A stretch of DNA of 60,560 nucleotides, counting the filler, from Platydemus manokwari (lineage: Eukaryota): NCBI GenBank assembly GCA_037951405.1. It is 5 parts of 5 records of this genome, joined end to end, with 100 filler letters (N's around TTAATTAATTAA, not from the genome) between each part and the next. Parts side by side here need not be neighbours in the genome. Positions count along the whole stretch, not along the records: positions 37,776 to 50,424 come from JBBMOY010032235.1; positions 50,525 to 60,560 come from JBBMOY011176322.1; 3 more parts are not named here. One strand, 5' to 3'. The notes below the pieces were generated by a model. That model made no database searches. It saw only the letters and a list, made by a program, of their open reading frames with translations, and had not been told where the DNA came from. Below, piece by piece: positions 39,741 to 51,178 of the stretch. Both the position numbers and the translations under genes were made by a program. The number at the start of each line of letters is the position of its first letter. Positions within the stretch are counted from its first letter, which is position 1.

Positions 39741-42288
39741 TATGCATTCTTCCAAGTTCATGATGCCAATGGTAAGCTTTATTATTTTTACAGCAGTCAA
39801 TCACCTAGAAAGCTCAGTGAGTCTCAAATTTTAAAATTGCAAAACCAATGGGATTTGCAACCACTGAAGTCTAACTTTCTTTAGTTTATCGTCCAAAGTA
39901 GGGTGTTCCCTATGTCGGTTGTTAAATCCTTCAGGGCACAACACGGTTATCTGTCAAATTATCCGCATTATACATTTGTTAATTTGTACTATAATAAAAG
40001 TATTATTATTAACGAATTATTGTTTATTTGGTCTGTTGTTATTATATAATCTGAATATTACCTGTTATTCTGATTGGGATCAGATCATTGGTGATATCGC
40101 CATTCTTCTGATTTTAATCAATATAAATTTAAATTGCATATCATTCAACGAGTTTGAACTGGTTAAATCATCTTTAATAGGCCACACCAAATACCACTTA
40201 GCAACAAGCTAGTAGGATTTCATAAAATTTGGGGAGCCCGACGTGATTCAAATCATTTGGATATAACATAGAGCTTGCTGAAGCTATTATTAATTAGGTT
40301 AATACAAGGTTTTTTATGCGTTACACTTCAATTAACTCTGACCTAGGGCAATAATATAACTATCAGTCTGACTATTGTTAGCTTACCTTCAAGTAACAGT
40401 AGTGTTGCTGAATTCGAGCAAAATAAAATTGTTAGCTCATTCTCAGTCTAGTAGGATTTCATCAGTATTACATTGTTATAAAGCGTTTACTCTGCACGTA
40501 AGACCAATTGATAAAAATAAACTCTTTAATTCATATGTGATGTTAATTTACAATAGCGTTCAAAGATTCCAGTTAGTACAAACCCTGCTAAAGGGCCTAA
40601 GCATGCACAAAGTTCGAGTAAATTTCCATGTGATCTTTTTTGAATGCGGAGAATTAGGAAACCTCGAATCAACATATAAAGAAAACAAATATCACGTGGG
40701 TACATCGATAACAAGGATAAAAAAGTATAAGAAATTGTCGAAGAAAAAGAAAACCTGTGCTCCGAGAGTGAGGAATTGCACTTTCAAATAGCAAGGCAAA
40801 ATATGAAGAATCGTAATCGTAAATCTTTTTAGCTCATTGGCGTTGGTATCATAGTTGATAGTTTAAATAGGCTGCATTTATTGAAACTGATAGTTAATTT
40901 ATATCACTATGATTACCATTATTATATTAATAATAAGGTTTTGCAAGGTGAAGATTATAAGAACACATAGAGACAAATTAAGACTACAGTGATATTAAAC
41001 AAAATTAAGTTTAATAAAACAATATGTTGGAATTCCCTACCAAAAGAACATCCTTGTAAAATAACCATAATAACACCCTTGCACAATAACACATAATGCG
41101 ATAGTACATGTATACAATCCCCTGACTATGTATGTTAATGATTTAAAGAACAAGCAACAAAGCCAATGAGCCGAAAGCCTAAATTGATGAAAAAATATTG
41201 ATTTTGAATATGAATGATTAGGGATGTGTAAACAATTCATTTGCAATGTTTTATAATTTAACTATTAGTTATTTTATTGCTTTATTTATTATTAAATGAT
41301 ATCTGGTAATTATGTTCATTAATAATGTTGTAAGAAGAAAGAGGCCAGAGTAGTTAATTCGGTAATGTAAATAAAATAACAATTAATAATAAAATAAAAA
41401 ATAGGATTAAATGGATATAATAAATAATAATATAAGAAATATAAATAATAATAGTACAGAGAAAAAAGGTCCTAATGTAAATTAAATAAACAAATATAAA
41501 AATATACAAAAGCATATTGAAAAATCACACGCAATTAAGAAAAATTCATAAAAATAATTGATAAAAGTCCGAAAAAGAACAGGTGTTCGCAACGGCGAAT
41601 CAGTATAAATACGCACTAGTTGGCAGATCACCACATACGATTTTGAAACACGATTTTTACACACGATCTTGTTCCAGATGATAATTTCAAGTCGCATTTT
41701 TCAATAGCGCAATCATAGTTACTATATCCATTCACTGACGACATTCAACGGATATATGATTTCGACTAAGCATTCGGGTGAATATATTTATATATTTTTC
41801 AACAAAATGAGTGGAGTAAAACTTATTTACTTTTATAAAGTTTTTCATGATCATTTAATTAATATATAAGTTTATTTGTCGTAATTAATGCCTCTTATAC
41901 TACTGACCTCTGTAATTTGCTTACCTACATTTGTGCGAAGAATTATTTTAATATCATTTAAATTTATTCAAAATTGAATTTTACAAGATGTCAATCGTTA
42001 TTTATTTATTTTTATTCAATTGGCTATGTTCTCTTGTCGTATTAGAAGTTGTAGGTATTTGTCTCAATTATTAGTGTCTGTTTTGCTTTGTTTATTTTTC
42101 AATGTTAAAATATATGGATCCTTGTCAACTATTTTTGTCCACATTGTTTTGTCATTGCCCTTGTCTTTTGAAAATTTTACTATCTTTATTATAAACTTTT
42201 CCTTGTTTTATGATGTTATACCCCACAATTTAAATAAGAAAATCAAAAAACCAATATAAACTCATCACGTACTGACCCTACAAGAAAA

Positions 42289-43881
42289 ATGGAAGAAAAA
42301 AGTGATATGCATTCCAAGGAAAAACGGAGACCCCTTATTTCTGCTATTATTAACTCCGACAAATCATGGTCTCATAACATTGACATCAGGTCGCTAAAAG
42401 TTGATCCGCATCTCAAAACAACTTTGGATAAATTTAGAAAGGAAAGAAGACAGGAGGGTGAAGCAAAAAAACATTAAAACAAGTGCTAAAGGTACTGACT
42501 GCAACTCTGATAGTACCCCAGCATTAAAGCATAACGACGTATTATTGCAATTCAAAAATAGTCTTTGTAATTATGGAGTAGAAGAGATAGTTATCGATAA
42601 AATTATTGAAACTCTAAAAGATATATTTTAGCCAACTGTTACATTGGATAATAATAAAAAGAAAAAGCCTGAATAATCAAAACTCATGCAATGGCGAATC
42701 AAACAGTCCAGTCAAACAATTAAACGAAATTTATCTCGATATAGCAACCACAAACCCCGATAACTAGAATATCCTCAACAAAAATGTAACCAAGACTAGA
42801 ATACAAGCTAAAGAGAAAAACTTCGAAATTATTAGCTCAGCTACTCAAACAGAGATGCCTACCGCAGTTCTGGACAGTGAATATAACTCACATTTCATGG
42901 AAACACTCATTAAAATCAATATTGCAACATCTCCTCTATTATCATTTAAGATTGATAATGCGAAAGTACTGAATAGTTTCTACTGTCCTTCCACAGCAAA
43001 AAATAGGTCTGATGTTTTCCAGCTTATCATAAGATTTGAATTAGAAAAACAAAAGATGAAAAAAGAGCTTGTCTCAGAATGTATCAAAAATAAAACTCAA
43101 AAAGATGTGCAGCTTAAAAGGAAGTACCGGATCTAGTGATTAAAGACATCAAAATTAAAAGTATCAATAGAAATCTAGAAAAAATACGAAGCCTAATGGA
43201 TTAGCATGCCATACCATCGACACCAAAAAGCGTAGACAATAATCGATCCCTGTCAACCATCCCAAGCTCAACGCTGTTAGATAGTGAGGATTACTCCTTG
43301 TCTTGCACTGCGTGCTACACGCAATCAGACTTTTGATAGGGACCTCGTATAGAGCGAAGAACAGATTCTCAGTTTCATATACCGAATGGTTTTTCGGAGA
43401 CCAGATTGATAAATATGTATCAACACATGTTAAGTTAAATGATTGCATGTTCATCAGTAGCTATGTTGCAGAATTAATTACAAATGGAGCCAATCTTAGT
43501 GAAGGTAGTATTAATCCCATGAAGCTCACAACATGTAAAACGGTCTTCGTTCCAATTAACGTACGAAACCAACACTGGACGCAACTAGTGACATACCCTT
43601 TCTGGGGAGCCATACGTGACTCATTGAGTAGTGACAAATTCTTAAATGAAGCTGAAATCAAAGCAAAGAGAATATGGAACACATTCGAATGCAAAAATGC
43701 ACTTTGGAAAAATTCAAAAAGAAAAAGAAACTTCGACGATAAGAAAGAACGACAATTACAAACGAATAACTTAATATGCGGCTACATTGATTGCATAGCT
43801 GATAACCAATCATTCATAAGCATAGATGTTAGAATCATCAGAAGAAAACGCAAAACAAAATATTACAAAGTATTCGATTAA
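42289..43881 (+). mobile_element. Decayed intronless element ORF with Ulp1-like (C48) cysteine protease domain
   Basis: A chain of broken plus-strand ORFs ends in KTVFVPINVRNQHWTQLV...IRDSLS...QLQTNNLICGYI, matching the Ulp1 H-D-C arrangement (PIN...HW, DSL, Q.N..CG). Confidence 0.7.
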
Positions 43882-44844
43882 ATAATTAACTCGGATGGGA
43901 CTGGTCACTGCAGAAAATCAGAACGATTATATCCTCTTCACATAAAGACACTTGATAGCCTCATGTAAAAAAGAATTTCATTGCCGATTAATAAATTTAA
44001 TTGTGCATACAAGTTGTGGGATAATTTTTCCATGGATATCTAAAATTGAATAAAATAAAATTAGACGTTAGAAATTCTATGGGTAAAAATAGTACCTTTC
44101 AATATTGTTCTGTCGAAATTGTGGGGTAAATGATTATTGCTTCTAGTTTACATACTGTTTAGAGTGCTTTGTGTGTATGATTAGGCAAATTACCTACATT
44201 TGTTACTATTCTTAGCAACGTTTATACGTCAGTGCTAAATTTTGTAACGACCCACAATTTTAGTTGATAATTTCACTAAATTGAGATGTTTTAATTTTTA
44301 GGACTGACGCAGTTATTAGAAATAGTTTCCTATGAAATTTTTTCGTGACTTTGAAGTCAGACAAATATAATTTTTGATATATTTAAACACTATTTAATTT
44401 ATGATTTTTTCTAATTTTAATTTTTTTCGTTGATTGTTATGTTATAATTTATATCCTATTTTTTGATAAAAAAATATTATATTAATATTTATGATTATTT
44501 AAATATGTGGTTCGGTTGAAATGGCCCGAATGGTTCTCCACAGAATGCCTGTAGGCACACATTTTGACATTGGATCAATAGGCAAGTCGTCTTTGATATG
44601 ATGAGTTCATGAGAATCATTACAAAAAATTTATAGAATTGGATACACATCCTGTAGCAGTGCAAGCATTTAACTAAAATAAAATTCTAGTAATATCCAAA
44701 CATTAAGAAAACTCAAAATCCAAAAACAGGTATAAGCTTGTTAATAATTATTTCATAAAACGAATCTCACTACATTATATCCTGAATGAGTTATCATATG
44801 CACAACATTTCGGACATCAATATAGAAATATCTTGTATTCAAAT

Positions 44845-45965
44845 CAGTGGTTTCCAACCTTTATACATTGCGGCACACTATTGAGTTCTTTAAATTTTCA
44901 CAGCACACCTATCACAACAATTAAATATTTTCTACTCATAAATCTTTTTCTAATGAAATAATATAAAACAAAGAAAATCATATGAAGAGAATTTTTATTC
45001 ACAAATAATATATCCTGTATTCAATACTGGGTATAGAATAATAATGGTGAACGTTACTGGGACAGTTGTACCTGGTGCTTCTTTACTAGTCCTGCAATTT
45101 GAAGGCTAATGCGAGAAAGACATACTCTTAACTCTTATTCAATATTTTTAAGTTTTTTACATTTTTTTATTATTAATGTTGTTTAGATAAGTAAATCCCA
45201 GTTCAAATAGGTACAAAGTTGAGAATTGCATTAAGACTTTGATGGCTTTTTTTACTAATAGTTGGTTACTTTTCCATAACACAAATCCAAAAGGCGTCTA
45301 ATGTTAGTTGTGAGCACTTTAATTTGAGTCCCCGATCACTGGAAAGACTCGCTAGTTCTTCCTATTTACATAGCTCAAAGTTGGAAAGATTAATTATCGA
45401 TAAATCGACTTCGATTTAAGAGCAATAATTTCTCCCACCTTATATGAAGCCAATTGAGCATTTTCGAAACTGTCACTATTTTCTTCAATAGTTGACTTTG
45501 CCTTGCATTTGATTCTAATAACCATTTGAAATAATCGACATTTTTAGTTTGAAGATTAAGATGATTTGTATTAAGATGCCTTTTCTTCTTACTTGGAACC
45601 ATTGGTTCGTTAGACAGTGTTTGGGCCACACGCAGCACACAGCGGAGGAATTTGTGTATCTGCAGTCCAATGTAACCCAAATTTTAAGTAATCATCACTG
45701 TAAAACCGATGAACCTTTGGTTTTAAAAATGAAGTTGTAGAATCATTCTTGTCAGTATCGCCTTTTCTTTTGAAAACTTGTTCATATTTAAAGGTGAATT
45801 AAATCTAAAAGAATTTTTATCATATTTAATCATGTTTTTATTTGTCAGACTAAATCCTTGAATTGCAACACCTAATATTAAATAACAAATATATATAAAG
45901 ATGGTATAAAGCATAACAACGCTCACGAGTTACTTACTTCGCGACAAAGTGGTTGGGAACCACTG
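44845..45965 (-). mobile_element. hAT (Buster/Charlie-type) DNA transposon, internally deleted, 1121 bp
   Basis: TIRs CAGTGGTTTCCAACC / GGTTGGGAACCACTG. 8-bp TSD ATTCAAAT / ATTTAAAT. The minus strand retains a BED-region fragment (LSNEPMVPSKKKRHLNTNH) directly joined to the dimerisation domain (LDAFW...KAIKVLMQFSTLYLFELGF...ELRVCLS), with stops and frameshifts. Confidence 0.93.
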
Positions 45966-46129
45966 ATTTAAATAATAATTATGAATGTAATAAGACAAAA
46001 ATTACTATACACAAATATTATGTATTTAATATTACAGCAGCTTACAGTTTGAACAAAAGTAAATAGGTGAAGATTACCCTTAACAAACAATTTAAATAAA
46101 ATTAGTACATAAATAAACAAAATGGTCAT

Positions 46130-46492
46130 TTATTCGAATTTGGAAACCGCATCCCGAAGCTTTTCTTCAGATGCACCACTGAATTGATAGACCAAATTTT
46201 TATTCTTGTAGAAATGAAATGTTGGCATAGATGTTATGTTGCACTTTTCAGCAGTATCCTGTGTCAATTTAATTTAAAAATCAAATAAAAAAATTGAATT
46301 TACGCTATTTTGGTCAACATCAACTTTTAAAAATATAACATTAGGGTTTGTATCACTAAGACTTTGAAGAATAGGAGCGATTTTTTGACATGGCCCACAC
46401 CATGTTGCAGTAAAATCAACGACAACTAATTTGTCTTGATTAGTTTCCAAAATCTTATCAAATTCAGATAATGTTGCAATTTCTTTAACCAT
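46130..46492 (-). CDS. TXN: Thioredoxin (canonical WCGPC), 105 aa, 2 exons
   Basis: Exons 46304-46492 and 46130-46258 give MVKEIATL...[19 protein letters not shown]...[10 protein letters not shown]|[18 protein letters not shown]...[17 protein letters not shown]. Confidence 0.96.
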
Positions 46493-47299
46493 TGTTTAGT
46501 TTATAAATGAACCCTTATATATTTCAAATATATATCGAACAATCATTTAAACAATTTTTTATATAAATTTTACAAAAATGTTTTTCTATCACCTCTTTAA
46601 TTATTTCATGATTTTTATTTGATTCAACAGTTTATTTTATTTGATCCAATAGTTTAATGAACTTTATTTTTACATTTATTTACAACACTTTGTAATAAAT
46701 TATTAACCCATTTTTTATTTCCAACATCTGTAAAATATTTCCATGTAGTATGTTTAAAATTCTAACATATCTTTCAGCAAAACAATCATATTATTTCCAT
46801 CACAAAACTTTTTAAAAACTAACTTCATATTTCTGAATATTTATCGAACTACATACATTTCGAAATTCTCTTGTCTTGCTCAAAATAATTTTCGAAAGCT
46901 TCTACTAATGTTTCTTGTTTCTTATATGTTAAAGGAATACATATTTTGTGTATAAATCAATAACAACTAATGTGTAATAATAAACTTCATTAGATTTCTT
47001 ATGCGTTATAACGGTATCTCTACTATAAGTGGTATCCTTTTCAAATATTTTTAATTAATTTTTTTTATTTTTCTTATATTCATGATGTAATTCTTGAGCT
47101 AATAAATCTTCATCGTGCAATCTCGTATATTTAATTTGTAAATTTTATTCAGAAAAGTTGGTTAGAGACGATGATCGGAAAATCCTGAAAACCCTAATAT
47201 AACTTTTAGACACTAATATTTTTTCATAAACATTGATGTTCGAAATACCCATACATTAAAATATGGGATGTTCATGGTTATTTCTTTCGATCGATCCAT

Positions 47300-49328
47300 A
47301 AATCACAGTTCGCTAGTTCGATCATACAATCAATTCAACATTTCATTCAATTCTGTCTCCGCCGTCCAGTTGATGTTGTTTTTGAAATCTTCTTCCCTTA
47401 TTTTTAAGGCTGTCTTTGTTGCTGTCCTCTTTCCCGTATGGAACTTCCATTGCAGATAGCTCACATTTATATTCGACTTTATGCAGGTAAGAGCTATTTT
47501 ATTAATCATTTTCTTGTTCAATGCTAAATTCTTTAGGACTGTATCGTTCGACTGTGTTTCGCAAGTTCTGAGAACTCCTACAACAAAAGAGAATAGTTGC
47601 ACAGTCCAGTCGGGCGCTTTTTATCGAATTTCGGAGGTCTGTGTATTTTTCTATATTCTTTTGAGCAGTTATGGTCATTAAAGTGGGTGCATCACGGGTC
47701 ACTTTACATTGGCTAGGACAATAGTGGATTTTCGATCATTTGTTAGTTGAAGATCTACCCTTAATTTGGATTCCGTGAATTGAAATTTTCGTTGGTTCCA
47801 ATATGGCACTCTTTTCGTAATGGGAACCATTGATTGTAAGGCTTTGTTGAACTCTAAGCATTATCTCACCATTGATAATAATGAAAGAAACAGTGGCATA
47901 TGTTTTCTTTATGGCATATTTAATACTTTCTCTTATTTTATCCCACCATGTTTTGCTCCTTTCATTTGATGAAGTATGTGAATTAACCTAATCAAATGCT
48001 TCCTCGATTGCTGCAGCTTGGTTATTCAATCTATCACTTTTGCACAAGGAGTGTATCGGTGTCATGCTTATCATTTCATGTTGCTCATAATAGATGATAC
48101 GCGTGGTTGATCGCTTGTATTGTATACTCCTCCGCCATGCTTCGTAGTCAACTACCATAGTTAGATTTTGTTGAGAAGAGGTAATTCAATGAGCAAAATT
48201 TTGGTACGCCAACAATATTTTTCAGATATTTTTTATCATCACATCAAACTGCAGTAATCTACTATAAATTACATAGTAATTTCTCGTGTAAGAGGTCACT
48301 TTAGTTTGTGCGAACAATTCAAAGACGCTTAGCTTCTACCATGGTAGTAAAATGCATTTTTCCAGTTTATTCATCGTAGTTTCCATTTCAATGAACAGTT
48401 CTTCTGTTGACTTATGTAACTTCAAAGAGAAGTTCACTCCTAGGTAGTGATAGTGCTCTTCCAGACTTATTTTAAGAATTTTCTCATTGTAGATCACGAG
48501 TTACTCTGTGTTAGTACTTGTTCTTTTATTATGAAAGTGCCCACATTTTGAGGGTTTGAACTTAAAACCAAGTTGGAATCAGAGAACCGATACTTCATGG
48601 ATCATCATTTGGAGTCCTTTTTGGTTTTTCGCAATAATTGCTATGTTATCTGCATAGGCAAGACATGAAATTTGATGATTTGCAATTATCAGGCTTCCGA
48701 TAAGACATTTATTCATTTGCACCTAAATTGGATTGATGGCTATGCTGAATAAAAGCATGGATATTGGCAGGTCTGTCAAACCCCCTATCAATCTTAATTG
48801 GTTTCGTTTCATAATCTCCACATTTAAGAGAGATTGGGCAGTTTGTGTAGAGACTTCTAATGATTCTGATGACAGTTTCAGTTAGGCTCACATCGCTTCA
48901 AGATCTAATTAAAGGAAGGCTTCTTCGATGTCTAAGAATCCGATGTGAACATTATTAATATTTTTCTTACTGTGTTCTTCTATAATGGCTCAAAATTGTG
49001 TTCGGCACATCCGTCATTTGGACCTAGGCTCTTCTGGAGTGGATGTATTAAGTTGTTTTCATTAATCCAATTCTTCAGTTGTTTGTACAGAATAGCTGTG
49101 AAAATTTTATAACTGCAGTTGAACAAACCAATAGAACGCCAGGAGTTGATTTGATAATAGTGACCCTCTTTCATGGGTTTCGGTGTCATCAATGTTGTAT
49201 ATGTTTTCCATTTCTCTAGTATTTCTTGGTTATCTAGACTTTTTGTGAAAATCTTGTGTATGGTTTTTGTCTCTAGGTCTGCATATAGAATATCTTTATG
49301 ATTGATTTTGTTTTTACCAGGAGCATAA
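47300..49328 (-). mobile_element. 5'-truncated, degenerate non-LTR retrotransposon of RLE type (R2/NeSL/Utopia-like)
   Basis: RT motifs occur in order: APGKNKI..., WKTYTTLMTPK, WRSIGLFNCSYKIFTAIL, LQKSLGPNDGCAEHNF, CLAYADNIAII, GFKFKPSKC, YHYLG. Downstream ARLDC and EVPYG resemble remnants of the zinc-knuckle and RLE regions. Many stops and frameshifts. Confidence 0.88.
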
Positions 49329-50424
49329 TAATAATTAATTACAGTAGATTAATTACAGATAATTACAGTAGAACTATTCTCAGCTAATTATTAGATTGTG
49401 AAATTTATTTCATATAATTGTTATATCGTGGAATTAATTTCATCATCATTTCAAGCGTAATAGTGCAAATTAATTGCTTCCTGCGAATGTGACAAGTAGA
49501 AATAGTCTTTCGACTAGTCAAACTACAAAAGAAAAAAGAAAAACGGTAAAAAACCAGAAAGAAGAATAAATTCCTTTTGCAATATAATTATACCAACTAG
49601 TCATGACATTGTACATAAGTACAAGTTGTTAATTGCTTACCTTACAAAATTTCTATCAATTTCAAGTAATTTCCATATTTTCAAGTATTAATATATTTAT
49701 AAAGTTAAATGGATTTTCTAAATCCTAATAAAAGAAACATTCTAGTTTGATCCCAGTTCATTAAGAAATAATATAAAAGCGAAAATCTTAAAATCAATAA
49801 ACTAATTTATTGTGGTAGTTACAGTGCCTTTAGGCCTAACCAATGATAAAATCAGTTCAGGACTCTTACTGGCACGACCATAAGAGATTTCTAAATTTCA
49901 TCGATTAAATCAATATAGAACCAAACAATAGAACTGTAACTATAAACGAATTACCTAACTTCCTGGTTATTTGCCTTAAATTATGATTACATTTCACCCA
50001 TCTGAATTTGATTGTATTGTATCATAATTGAACTTTATTGCAATGTGCCATCACAATTGTGTCTTATTCAGATCGATATATATATATATATATATTATTA
50101 ATCTATAATTTAATCTCATATCTGCTTATAATCACATACATCGTTTTGAGTCAAATGTACTAATTAGCTATTATTAATAAAAATATATTAGAGCTCAACT
50201 TATTTACTTATAGGGTTTTAATACTCGCTCTAATATAACATAATTTAACACTTTTTTTGATCCAGATTGTATCAAACCCAGACCCATAGTAAACCCAACA
50301 ACTTTATAAACAGTTGAATATTATTTTCAATGCCTTTACTTTAATGTTAAAGTAAAAAGACAACTCGTTTCCATAAATATTTTATTATATTTCAAAATTA
50401 CACCGTTTGTTTTTTCTAATATTT

Positions 50425-50524
50425 NNNNNNNNNNNNNNNNNNNNNNNNNNNNNNNNNNNNNNNNNNNNTTAATTAATTAANNNNNNNNNNNNNNNNNNNN
50501 NNNNNNNNNNNNNNNNNNNNNNNN
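50425..50524. other. Artificial contig spacer
   Basis: 44 N + TTAATTAATTAA + 44 N. Confidence 0.97.
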
Positions 50525-51178
50525 TAATGATTTGCTACAGCACACACACAAGTGTTTACATCTGGTGTCAAATTCCGGTTATTAAGTTATAGACCCAATA
50601 ACAATTTTAGATTGTTTATTATCATTAAAAATAAACATCTTCCAAAGTCATTTTTGAACAATATTATTTTACCAAAATAAATTTCCTCAAATTTCTTAGC
50701 TGTTTTTCCCTGCGAATTTTTCTTCCTTTGAATGCGTGATAAATACTTCACCAACCATAGACAATTTTGTCAAATTTATGATAATAGCAATAAATTATTC
50801 ATCAATATGAGATAAAAAATGCATAATTTCTTCCAACCAAACGCCATTGTTCCCCACTACATTTTCACCATTTATATTTTATATATCTGCAATGACAGAA
50901 TATATAAACACAATAAAAAAATAAATAACGAAAAAAATATAAAATCAAGGCCTTTATTGAATATTGAAAAATTAAGATGTTAAAAAATACGCTCAAGAAA
51001 ATAAAAATAAATCCTATGATACAGTATGGAAAAATAAAAGGAAATGTACAATAAATGTTTATCAACAGTATTTGAACAAAAAATACCGATAATATTGAAA
51101 TACTGTAAAATAACGAAAAAATAAATAAATAAATAAATAAACGCTTTTTCTAATCGATTAACCGGGCATCTTGAGCAA

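Noticed and set aside
39919-42259. Short hydrophobic ORFs as membrane-protein genes
   Set aside because: Their composition is that expected from T-rich noncoding DNA; most use non-ATG starts and show no motifs.
27695-46492. A single immune/redox gene cluster (lectin + IGFBP-like + thioredoxins)
   Set aside because: The artificial spacer at 37676-37775 separates these groups, so physical linkage is unproven.
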